Source: Paraspadella gotoi (lineage: Eukaryota; Animalia; Chaetognatha). From it: DNA of 64,000 bases. Within the stretch, counting starts at the first letter, position 1, and each line of letters opens with the position of its first letter. A program made the translations under genes and the position numbers. Shown piece after piece: positions 36,880 to 48,507 of this stretch. Where the stretch lies: contig CM119267.1 in NCBI GenBank assembly GCA_051294375.1, positions 16,391,601 to 16,455,600 on the forward strand, written 5' to 3'. The notes under the pieces are model-generated. The model was given only the letters and a program-made list of their open reading frames with translations, searched no databases and was not told the DNA's origin.

Positions 36880-38954
36880 TTCTCCGCCCATCTTCCCCCG
36901 ATGCTTCCCGACGGGGAGCACCCGCGCTTGCAAGCACTTCGTCCTTTTTGGGCGGATTTGGTCGACAGGATTCAATCCTATGTTCTAACAAAACGTGAAA
37001 GGATTCCTCATGATGCCCAGGAGCGAAACAGGATTCCTACCAGAATTGCCTCTCCCTTCGACGAGGACCCCTCTTATCTTGGGTGACAAGGGACTCACCC
37101 TCATCGACGACGCAATAGCCGGCAGGCTTTGAAAAGGGTCCCGTGGAGACACCGTGCTAAAAGCCTTCTCCGGCCGTCCTCGGGTATTATTCCAAGATTT
37201 TTCTGGTTCCCAACACAAGCATGCGACGGGCTGGAGTGCCAAATTACATAATATTTGATACAAGCCTCCATAAAACAAGTCTCTTTCATATGTATCCCTC
37301 CTTTCTACTTCCGATGCAAGTTGTTCAAGATGTTCGGAAGATGGTCTCCGGTGGGATCTGGGCGCGTCGCTATTTCGGAAATCTTCCCCGCCGACCCTCT
37401 CTCAACAGCTTTGCCTCTTCATGTGGCATCATCGCAAGTTTTGTCGGGTTCATTTGAAGTGGCGCGCTTATCAGTACAAGTGTCCTTCCTTTCGGTTGGC
37501 AGCGGTCCTTGAAACTATTGTCCAAAACAAGATACCGACACGCCCGTTAGTCCGCCACGTGCTCCGGAAGAGCCGGTACTCAGCCGGCTGCACTTCTTTA
37601 CTATCTATAGACGAATATTCTCATACTGGGACCTTCCCGCCAAGAAGGAGTGTCTGCGAATAAAACACACTCCTAAACGACACAGCCCAACTCGACTCTA
37701 GAAGGATGCCCGGGCTGTCATCAGTCATCCCAAGAAAAGTGTCAAGCCTTTGGTCCGACGCAACGCTTTTTCAGTTCTTGGGTCTCCAATGGGACGGGGC
37801 GCCTTCATCGAGTTTTGCTGCCCCCTGCGACCCATCAAGCATTTTGTCCCTTATCGCCGAGATGGCCGCCTTCCCTCCCTGATCCCCCTAAGACCCCCAC
37901 AGCCAATCCATGCCCTTCAGTTGCTTCGGCGGCTGTGCGTTCTTCTGACCGCCAGCCTTCATTTAGCAGTTCCCGCTCATTCGTTGCAGAGCGGCAAGGA
38001 TCAACCCGACGTCAATCGTGATCTACTCGCACGGAGAAGTGAGATCTTGGGGGAAGACAGTCTATCTTTCGGAGGCGCGAAAGAGGAGTTGCGTTGAGAT
38101 GTTCAAAGCTCGATGGATCCAGCATGGGCTTTGCTCGATCGCCGATGTTCTCCTGCGATTCAGGCCACAGCGGAATGACGACAGATAGAACCTCCAGGAA
38201 GGGTTGAAGTGCTTTCTCAACTAAATTTCCGCGGGCCCCTTCAAAGACCGGGGATTGCGGAAAGTTGTGATGCCCATCTCCATATAACTGTGAATGAATC
38301 ATGGTCCTCTAAAAAAGTTCCGCGTTCCTTCGGTCGGCAAGATCCAGGGCTGCAATCTTTTGTGGAAGACCGACAGCCTTAGTGTCTCCTGGTTTGTCTC
38401 CGCCGCTCTTGCAGCCGCTCAACAGGATCTTCACGAAGTTGTCAGGGATTCTCTCTCCTTCTTGCCTCAGCTTCGCATGCAAGATCACCAAAATTTGGAC
38501 GCACATTTTCTCGGAAGCAGAAGTTTGATCGCCGGATGCAGCACACGCGAAGCAGCTGTCAGGATTGGCATCTCTTCTCCCCAAGTTTTTCGACGGATTT
38601 CAACGCTCTGGGTTGGCCTTCAGAAAAGCATCTATTGCCGAACGCCTGACTCTCGCGTCATCGTTCTCCTACTCTCTTGACGAGAAAGTATGAGGAGAGT
38701 ATTCTCTCGGATCTGTAATAGCACCTCAGTCAAGTTTGGGATTGCGACCAGCCTACGAGATGTTTCCCCCTCTAATCCCCACTGGATCCCGAGGTGATCA
38801 TCAAGTTGAGGAGGTCCACAGGGAAATATCTTCTGGCCACGCCCTCCATTGGCTCGATGCCAGAAGTGGTTTCGTGTTGTTGACTCTTCGGGTGTTGGAT
38901 GGTTTTTTCAAGGAATCATATAACCCAATTTGGTTCTCGTCGATTTGTGTTTGA
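36880..38954 (+). CDS. DIRS pol: reverse transcriptase, RNase H and N6-adenine methyltransferase-like domain (frameshifted in this assembly)
   Basis: RLQALRPFWADLVD ~36925; YYSKIFLVP 37185-37211; YQYKC/LPFG 37469-37496; atctatagacgaatattctcatactggga (about IYIDDILILG after indel correction) ~37603-37631; FQFLGLQWD 37769-37795; acgacagat...gggttgaagtgct (RNase H TD.S..GW.A-like) 38175-38213; ORF 38294-38680 with IQGCNLLWKTDSLSVSWFV and VFRRISTLW; AYEMFPPLIP ~38751-38780. Confidence 0.88.
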
Positions 38955-38966
38955 CAAAGCATCGGC

Positions 38967-40077
38967 ATGCTCCCTCCAAGCGTCTCGCCCGCGGATCGCC
39001 TCAAGTCGGTTCCGAATTCTGGAGCGATTCCAAATCTCCCTACTAGAGCGCACGCCGCTCTCCAAGACCTCAACAACTCAGCTTTTCTCTTCTCATCACC
39101 AACAGCCGATGCATTCTATACCAGTGCATCCCGTGTTCACACAGGCTGCCTCTTGGCCGATCCCTTGCCTGACGCCTTCCTTTTTCAGCGTAGGCCCTTC
39201 GAGGACATTTCAGCGCCGCTTCTTCGAGGACGTTCTTTCCAGTATCTCTCCTCATCTCACGCGAATCGACGGCCTTGTCTTATCTCTAGCACAGTGAATT
39301 TGCACAGCATCGGCAAAATCTTCCCGCATCTTTGCTCTCCCTCATGTGGACTGCTCTCAGTGGCGTCTAACATCCTTTGTCTGCCGTTGCGAAGCGGTAG
39401 CTCTGCCAGAAACCGCCCTCCTTCGGCGCAGGATGTCCCGCCTGGCAGTGTCGCCGCAGTTTCTAAGTTTTTGATATTCGCCTCTATCCTATTCTCCGTT
39501 CATGTATGAGGAGTACAACTTTTCCTCCTTGCCATGCGCCTCTGCAAGCATATGGCCTCAGAGTACCTTCCACTTTCCTTGTTGGACCTGGCTCAACATG
39601 GTTTGGCTTGCTGTATCCATGCCTCGGTTCGTGCCTTCTCAAACTGTCCCAAGCACCTGACAGAATTACTCGCTTCTTGCGTCCTGTGCTTTTCGTTTGG
39701 ATAGACGCCATGGCTCAATGCCGTTGTCCAGTCTCAGTGCTTTGCTTTTAAGGCTCCGTGTCGTCAGATTGCGATCCCACAGCACGATTTTCTCTCTTTA
39801 TCTTCTCCCATCTCCCATCTCTCCTTATCGGTCCCCATTTATCCTCCTAACTTTCATCGACTTCTTCTCTAAGTCGAATCTCTGTAGAGATGCGGACCCA
39901 ATCAACGCGCCCCCTGGCTCGCACACGCGCTATGGCTGTATCGGAAGCTTTTGCCAAGGCGTGATTGTACGTACATTGTCATACAAATCAGGGATTGGTC
40001 TTGGGTCTGACAACCTTCTTCCGTTTTTACTGTCGGGATCGGCGCTGGAGAGCTGCGTCTCTCAGACCTGGGTCTAA
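38967..40077 (+). CDS. DIRS tyrosine recombinase (frameshifted in this assembly)
   Basis: N-terminal LISSTVNLH...RNRPPS...VAAV.KFL in ORF 38967-39509; FLLAM box-I region ~39520-39565; CPV ~39722-39740; H-TR/AMA box-II region 39917-39937; TTFFRFYCRD with the presumptive catalytic Tyr ~40009-40039. Confidence 0.87.
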
Positions 40078-40086
40078 TGTGGATGA

Positions 40087-40286
40087 GTGATTTCGTGGCG
40101 TTTGGTTCGCTGAGCTAGTATCTGAGAGGAGGAAAGAGGAGGAGGAGGAAGCAGAGAAGGACCTGCTTTTTTCCGTTTTTTCTTTGTCCTTTCTTGTGGA
40201 CAACCACGACATCTGGAACAAAGAGCAACACTGGTGGAGAGGAGCCATGAAGAATTCCCGGTTCCATTTGGAACCATAAATTTTTT
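40087..40286 (-). repeat. right inverted terminal repeat of the DIRS element, ending near a GGTTCCA-TT-TGGAACC hairpin
   Basis: Reverse complement of 34238-34434. It starts ~10 bp after the end of the recombinase frame. There is a perfect 7-bp stem at 40260-40275. Confidence 0.88.
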
Positions 40287-41524
40287 ACCATTAGAATAAT
40301 CAAATGCTATAACAACTTTTTGGTTTCTGCTTACAAACCTTTCTAGTTAAATCACAAAAAAAAAAAAAGATTTTAAAGGTTGGGAATCTCAGAATAGCTA
40401 AGAAAAATTAAGGTAAAAAATTTTATACAGCGGATGTTGTGATTCTCTGATCACTTATCACNNNNNNNNNNNNNNNNNNNNNNNNNGAGGGAATAAGAGG
40501 GTGTGTCCAGTTGGGCAATGGAGAGGGTGAGGGACTGAGGGAAAGAGCCAGCTGGAAAGGGGGGAAAGGGAATGGAGATAGAAATGGAGGTCAACAACGA
40601 CGGGTAAGTGACATAGTAAGAGAATAAGAAATGTGAAGGGGAAAGAGGAAGTGAGAGGATATTGTTCGGTGAAGATTATGGATATGAGTCTTGACCGAAT
40701 TTACTTGGTCTTGACCCGAGAAATGTTTTCTTTCTTCTCGAGGTCGTCGTCGTCGTAAAACAAAATGCCAAAAGTGTCATCTCGTCCTTGACCTGACCGT
40801 ACCTGGAAATCGTTGGCATGTTATCAAGCATAATATATGAACATAAAGATAAATATTGAACGATATTACATAATTCCTTTCATGAGAAACCAAACAACAG
40901 AAAAAAAGGAGATAACTCAACTATAGAGTTTTAGCGACGGTGATGACGACGACGACTTCGATATGAAATCAGGGAAACCACAATTGAAACCCATTTCATG
41001 AAACATCCGTTAACAACGGCGACGACAGTGACGACGATGACGACGACGACCGTCCTCCCCACGGCAAATTCCTTTAATCGCCCGTGGTTCTTACCCACCG
41101 CGGGAGACACTCCAGCCCCATCATATTCTCCATAAACACCACAGCAGCGAAGCCCCATTCCCTCTTCCGACCACAATCGGTCATGACAAGGAGACGATTT
41201 CAAAAATTCCAGCCGAACCAGTGAAGGCTGTCGATTATTTATGCAAATCCGAAGCCGGGAAAAAATGTTCGTTCGGTTTTCTCCGCGCGCTCTCAATCAC
41301 GACACACCTTACGACACACACCACCGCTCGCTCTCTCTCCCCCAACTCATTCCCCCCCCCCCTCCCCCCTCTCCCTCCCCTTCCCTCCCCTTCGCCTCAC
41401 ATCTCTATTCCATTGCCTTCAACGTGACACACCCTCTTATCCTCCTCATCCCTCCCTCTCCATTCGATGCTAATTTCGGATATACAACTCTCCTCCCACT
41501 TCTCACTCTTTTCCCCCTTCCCCC

Positions 41525-44500
41525 CTTCCTCGCTCCTTCCTCATCGACTACGAGAGGACAGCGCGGGGGCGAGATAGCTGGCGTTACCACTCCAATTGTC
41601 AGCCATGTTTCCAAGTTTGTTCTCCTCTTCCTCCTCCTGTTCTGCTTCTTCCTCGTCTCCTCTCTCTCTTACCCCTTCTCCACACACCCCACTGCCTTCT
41701 CCCTTCGTCTATTCCTTTCCATAAAGCGTACATGCGGATGCCTAGAGGACGGTTGCTTTCTGTGTCGGCGTCTCGGCGGCGTTCGGCGTGCGGCCTTAGC
41801 TGCGTCGCCGCTTTTTCCTTCGCCCTCGTTCGAGTCTCATCGTCTCTCTTCCGTCTAACTATTTCTCCTTTCTTCTTCTCTTCGGTCTGCTGTCTCATCG
41901 TCAGTCTCTTTCTCTTTTCTCTATAGGTGAAGTCTCGTCGCGTTGATGTCGGGGACTCATCGGTGTGCAAACTACTCTCTCTCTCTCTCTCTCTCATGAT
42001 TCCGCTCGCGTCATCTATCGGATGCATAGTGAAGCGTTGGCAGGAAACACGGAATTGGAATTGATTTAATAGTAAATTTATCAATCATCTAGGAAAAAAA
42101 ACAGAGAAAAAAATCCCGGACGTTTAATATAAATCCTGGGAGAATAAGAAAATAAGTCCATGTTGGTAGACTAGCTCATGTCATCTGCTCAATATTGTGT
42201 TAATGTTTAAGGTCAAAAAGAATTCGTCGTTGTATAGGACGGTATTTTACGCGGTTCAGGGTCGATTTGTTACAAATCATCTCTGCGCGTCCATAGAGGT
42301 TGTAGATATTGTTAAATATTATTCTGTCCACCGACTATATGTCCCATTACGGACAGTTTTCTAGTACTCTTTTTTTTTCCATTCTTATCTCTCTCATCTG
42401 TCAGCGGGGAATAGTCTGGGAGTGCGTTCTCTCGTAGGCCCTTATACTTTTTCCTCTCTCTCTCACTACACCAACTCACATCTCTCTCTCTCTCTCTTTC
42501 AATATTTTCCTTATTCATCCAGATTACTGAATCAATTCCGGGGAACTGAGGATTTGTTTTTTCTTGTTTTCTTGTTTTTTGCAGAGTTCTCGACATACCA
42601 ACATAGAGAGAGATATTCTAGGCGTGGATTAATATATTTTCTAATATATATAAATCTATTGAGAAATTATAACCAAACCAGACTAAAAATAAATAACGAA
42701 ATAATACAACAATTCTTATTTAATAAAATAACATAATAAAAACCAATTGAGGGCGATAAGAATTACAAAAAGAAGCGAGATATACTAATGAAGCTTCTAC
42801 ATGATGGATTTTTTATTTGTCCACCGCAGCTGCATATGTGTTTTAAAACCCCGTTCGGCGGGTTTTTTTTTCTCTCCCGTTTTTTTTTTTTTCTCGGACA
42901 TGTAGATATCTTCTTTTTATTTATAACAGAAAAGCATATCTGAGAACGTATCCCATCGTTCGCTTCGCTTACTTTACTCCTGCCATTCTCGCGTGTTCAG
43001 GCATCTACTTCTTATCGTATTCATCCTCTTCTGATTTCATAGTCTTCAGTTGTTTATGCGGTATATATGCAGTTATGTATTTATAGTTACTGCAGAGTTT
43101 ATGGACTGTAGAGATTGAACCGAGAAGAGAGAGCAGATTTCGCACGTTTTATTTGTTCGTATTTGACAAGAGAGAGAGGATGACAGGAGATATAGATTGA
43201 TCGGCACTTGGTCTTTTGTTTTTTACCTAAGTTTAATTAATTAAATGTTTTACTACCTTCGTGAGATTTGTTAGGTCAACAGAGTATTGAGTCGTAAGTG
43301 CTCACAGAAGAGAGGCGAGTCGTCTCTACGGGAAAAGGAGTCGAGTCCAATTCTCATGTGAGAGATGCGGAGATTATTCTGACATTTCTCTCTTTCTCTC
43401 TCTCAGTCGTCTCTTTCTCTTCTCGGATCATCTGGCCTCGAGTAGTATCTACAAAATCGACAGCTCCTCTTCACTGTTCGGTCGTCCTGGAATTTTTTGA
43501 GAATCGTCTCCTTCACTGCTCATTGCACCTCGATTGTCGTGCTCTCGTCTCATGAGGCGTACAATTCCTCGGGGCTTCGCTGCTGATGTGTCTTATTCGT
43601 GCAAATCTTCATCTTCGATGGGTCTCTCTCTCTCAAAAGGAAGCGGGGCCTGTCTCCTCGACGGTAAGAAAGCGTGAAAAGTGGTATTAGATGAGAGGAG
43701 AATTTCCTTTCTAGTCAGTGCGGACGAAATTTAAAGGACATTTGCTCTCCTGTTGAGCGAGGACAGCATACGTCGTCCATCACTGTTTTCGGTTCTCAGT
43801 TTCCTCACTAAAGTTTAAAACTTTCACGTTGTCTGTTTTCGTCTGCGCCCACGTAAAAGATTAACCCTTTCAAGCGCGGGTACCATCTGCATTTCAGGAA
43901 AATCTTCGCGCACGGCTATTTCAAATTGTGAGTGCCTCTGCTCTCATCGCGTCAATCTCACTATACGCCCAAGTTTCTAACTGCGAGCTCGTCTGGTAAG
44001 TGTCAATACAGTGATCAGTCCGAGCAACTAATACCCAACACTAATGAGATTGTATGTATGAGCTTATATAGTCCATCATCTTTTTAAACTCCTCTTCTCT
44101 CCTTTTTCATGCTTGTTTTAACTTTCTCCAATTTGAAAGCGTAATATATGTAAATCGCCGAATATTATGGATATCAATATGTATTCTCTCTTCACTGTAT
44201 CATTCAGTCTTCTAATTCATCTATATTCCAATTTGGCTCCTGTATTCATTCATGCTCACATCACTGCCTCACATTCTGGGTGCACTTTCCAGCCACGCGG
44301 ATCAGCGATTCCTAAGCCCACCGAGATGAGCGACTTTCGGTGTGCCATCTTTGGTATTTTGTTTTAAACCTACGAAGACCGAAAAAGCTCCTACGTTCTT
44401 CCTCTCGCGTACTTATGATGCAAAACATAATATCTCTGCTCTGCACGCAGGAGAATCAAGCAACACTCAAAGACTATCCCATCAATAATTCGGTTCACAG
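41525..44500 (-). repeat. noisy inverted re-copy of ~27230-29030
   Basis: Reverse-complement anchors: 41530-41600 vs 28955-29027; 41922-41970 vs 28640-28680; 42520-42590 vs 28240-28300; 43190-43290 vs 27910-28010; 43810-43915 vs 27560-27638; 44330-44350 vs 27315-27335. Confidence 0.82.
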
Positions 44501-44999
44501 ATTCTCATATCCATATCATCTTTTCCCACTCTCTTCTCCCCCCGACCCATTATACCTCATCCTCCCCTCTCATCGCTCTTCCCGTCCTCTCTCATCCTCC
44601 CTCTAGACATCTCTTCTCTTCTCATCTCTTCTCTCCCTCAAATAGTATCAAACTGGATAATAGGCTCGTGTGTCCGCCCATGTCACATCAGCTTCTAGAT
44701 GTTTTTTTCTTTCGTCGCTTCTTTCTTGTTGACTCCTTTCTTTCTCTCTATTTCAATTACTCTCCATTCCCCTTTCACGACCCACTAATTCGCATTATAC
44801 TAGCGCACTCTTGCCCTCCATGATATACCGCAGTTCCATTGCGATTCCATCTCAGTCCATCCATTGCGCCACTAGCGACACACAAGACCCTCATGGTAAC
44901 AATTCCCCATAGTACATCTTCTTGAAAGCCTCACAAATACACAAAGTACGATACTTCACATTCCCTTCTCATAATCTCCCCCTTCCGCTCCCCCCCCAC

Positions 45000-47900
45000 T
45001 GCTCCCTTCCTCATCGACTAACGAGAGGACAAGCGAGGGGGCGACGACTATGATATGCTCGCACGTTTTAAGAGCTATGGCACATTACCATTGCTTCTCT
45101 ACATCAAATGTTCTCCGAAGTTTGATCCATTCCTCCCCTCTTCCCTTTCACCCTTCCTTCCATTCATCTTCTCCTCATCATCTCTTCCCTCCCACTCTTC
45201 CCCTTCTCACACACACGCATCATCCATCCATAACGCCCCAGCATCCATCCCCTTCTTCCGCCCTTTACACTGATCAGCATCCTTTCCCCATATAGAGGTA
45301 TATGCGAGTCCCTAATGCGATGGATGGTTGCTGCGTCAGTTCGGTCGGCGCCTGTGCTGTCCTGCGCGGCCGGTCACGGTGCGAGCGTTCTTTCCTTCCT
45401 TTATCGGCCCTTGAGTATAAGGGTTGAATTATGCTTAGACATTAAATTTTCGTTTTTATTCTTCCGACACCTAATGATTATTAGTTAAAGTTTTATGCAA
45501 ACAATGGGACGGAACCTTTTTTCTTTCCCTTCTGCATAAATTGTTTCTAAATTTCTCTTTTTCTCAACCCTAGCGAAACTTGAATGGAAGAAAAATCGGG
45601 TACGTGTGCGGAAGGACCACTTGTGTGATACATATCCAACGGAGCGCTGGGTGTTTTGGAAAGAGATTAAAAAAATACCATTAAAAACTTTTTTTTTTTT
45701 ATTATAACCGGTAGAGCGTGTGCACGTCTTTTTTTTTTTGGATAAACAGGTCGTCGACACGAACTGGGAGCGGGTACTAAGCTTTCCTCATCGAGCGCAG
45801 TGACGGGGATCTAGAGTTAGGTATACTAATTGAACGGTCGCGACACTGTCGAACAGATCCTGCGTATTTATAATTTAACCACGTGATATATTCATCTCTG
45901 TCTCAGCAAAAGAATGTCATAGGAAAGTTTCTATTGAACACTGCGTGGTGTAGGGGTAGGTGCAGTCTGTCTCTGACTAAGATCTAAAGTGCTTTTCTTT
46001 TCCTCTCAATAAAGAATAATATAGCTCCGTTTGCACTTATTCTATCGGCCCTTCTGCCTCCCTCCCGCTTCTCTGCATTCCTTCCTCTATATTCTCTCTC
46101 ATCTCTCTCTTTCTCAATAATCTCTTCTCCAGATTCTGAATACTTCTCCGGGACTTCCTCACTTTCTTTTTTCGTTTTTTTCTTTTTTTTTGCAAGTTCT
46201 TTCGCGAGAACTTTCCCACTCATCCTCTCTCTCTTCTCTCCTCTTCTCTCTCTCCTCGTCTTCTCTTTCTCTCCTCCCTCATCTTTAATATCTAAATTGC
46301 GCACAGTCAGGTAATTGACGAATCATCTAAAACGGCTGTATCACGAAATGACGAAGGAAAAGTAACAGATTCTTCTCTTTAATTCGTTACCTGGCGAAGA
46401 TAAAGGGGACGAATTACCCACAGAAGAAAAAAGAACGTGGTGATGTGGAACTTATCGCGCCAGTGGTGCGGGGGGAGAGACGTGTAACTACGCGATGATG
46501 TCGCTGGTATTTCTCTTTGTATATGGTAACTGATATGATTGATTATATTATCTGTGATGTATCTGCGGAGCATAAACACGTTTTTCGGAATGACTTGAAT
46601 ATTTAAAAACATTCGGAGAGGAAATGCAAGACCTTTTATGGTTTTGGATAAATAAAAGATATATCTACATAATATTATAAGACGTTTTATTTTAGAAATC
46701 ACTTATGGAAACTCTTATTGGCAGGAACTTATGGGTCAATCCAATTAAGATTAAATCCATATCGGTTTTTTTTTCTTGGTCGCCTGAGATTGCATTTAAG
46801 TATCCTGAGCTATAATGTAAGTATAGAATTTACGATCAGCGATGAATTGCGAATATCAAGGGGCCAAAATTAAACAAAGTTATTGAACTTGTCACCAATT
46901 TTGTTTTTTACTTATTAGTCGATGTATTAATACTTCTTTATTACCCTAACTGACTCTCGTAGATATTCAAGTAATCAATCGAACCGTAAATTCCATTACT
47001 CACGACGAAGTTGCTAACGAGACAGGTTACAACTTAATTCTCTTCGAAAACACAGTTGCGTGAATCAGGTGTACTATATCAGCTCACGTGTCACGACAGG
47101 ATTTTGGACATATGAATACTTCTTTAAACAAACCATGACATGATCTAGTTTAAACGGAATCGAACATGACATTAAAGTTTTTCTATTTTCCTTCAACACA
47201 GACATGTCCACTGGCACTACCCTCCCGTCTCAGTCTCTCATTGTTTCCCCTTCTCGGCGGCGAAAATCCCTCCATCGCTCGCGACTCGCAGAAATTAATG
47301 AGCTCGCGGAAAGTAACACAACAAGAACATCACTGAGCCGAGCACACAATTCGGGATCCTCTCCTACCCAACGCCCTTACCCACACCCCCCTCCCATGCA
47401 TCATCCTCTCTCTCCTCTCAGAATTCTCCTCTCTCAGTCTCATATCTTCCTTCTCATCACGCTCGCTCATCCATTCTCTTCTCCTCTTCGTCCTCTCCCT
47501 ATTATCTTTCTCTTTTGAGTTCTCCACATTCCTCCCTCCCACATTTAACATTATGGCGGTAGATGTTTTTTTTATCTAATTAACAATATTGAATATTTTC
47601 CAGTATACTATTATTGGCATTGAAGCACTCTGACCGATTCGTTTAGCGTTGTCGTCGTCGTCTATCGTTGTTGTCGTGTTAGATGGCATCGCAATCGGGT
47701 CGGCTATGTTATTTCGAGTATCCTCATCGCTTCGGTTCTTTCTCAAAGCGAGCGCGAAGCGTTTTTGATGACGTCGTGTACGTCGTCGATCGATTAATAA
47801 GGTTCTTGGTCGTATTTCTTGAGGAAAAGCAGCACGAGAAGAGGGCGGGGGCGGCGGGCGTCCAGCGGCGGCGGCGGCGGCAGGCCAAGAACGATTCCAT

Positions 47901-48471
47901 CTTTCAGTCGCGCGGTGAAACACATCTTTCTCGTCTGACAACTTCGACACTACGACATACTCCTCCTTCCATCTCTGGCCGACATGAGAGACGCAGGCCA
48001 CTAGAAACCTCTGCCGACGCTCTCTTCGAGGCGTCTCCACCAGGCCCCCCTCAACGGGCCGCCCTTAAAAGGCCCCTCCCTCTGTTTGATATCGTTCCGC
48101 AATCTCGACCGCAAGAGCCCCCTGTCCAGACCTCCGCACTGAAAGAGTTGCAAAGGGTCTTTTCCCTCGAAATTTTTCAACCCGGAAGCGCGTGGCCGCT
48201 TTTGAGTTCGGTCCTGGAACTAAAACTATAGTACCTATATGAATTACAACATTTTCCTTTTTAAGTTAAAACCTGGAGAACACTTTAAGAAGAAGTTATA
48301 TTCGAACTGTTTCTTTCTCATAATTTGGTTTTCTCCGTTCTTTCTTTTACAAATAAACCTGGGGAAAAGTTCTTTAAGGAACTATGTACACCCTATTCGA
48401 TCCAGAAAAATGAAGAGATCGAGAGAAATCGAGTGCTAAAGTCAGAGAAAAAAGAGAGAAAAGCAGTCGTA

Positions 48472-48507
<36 letters not shown>

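Larger units (their letters stand above)
34238..40286 (+). mobile_element. DIRS1-group tyrosine-recombinase retrotransposon, apparently full length (~6 kb)
   Basis: Inverted terminal repeats at both ends. In order on +: RT motifs (RLQALRPFW, YYSKIFLVP, YQYKC-LPFG, degenerate YxDD, FQFLGLQWD), RNase H motifs (TTD.S..GW.A-like, LLWKTDS), a methyltransferase-like Y.MFPP and tyrosine recombinase motifs (FLLAMA, CPV, H-TR, TTFFRFYCRD). This domain order with ITRs is diagnostic of DIRS1-like elements. Frames are broken by many small indels. Confidence 0.93.

Noticed and set aside
39582-39603. NHVEPGP on the minus strand resembling a 2A peptide
   Set aside because: It does not match D.E.NPGP and is antisense to the recombinase coding region.
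34238-40286. LTR (Gypsy/BEL) or Ngaro interpretation of the retroelement
   Set aside because: The terminal repeats are inverted rather than direct or split-direct, no DDE integrase or protease motif was seen, and YR plus methyltransferase-like motifs are present.
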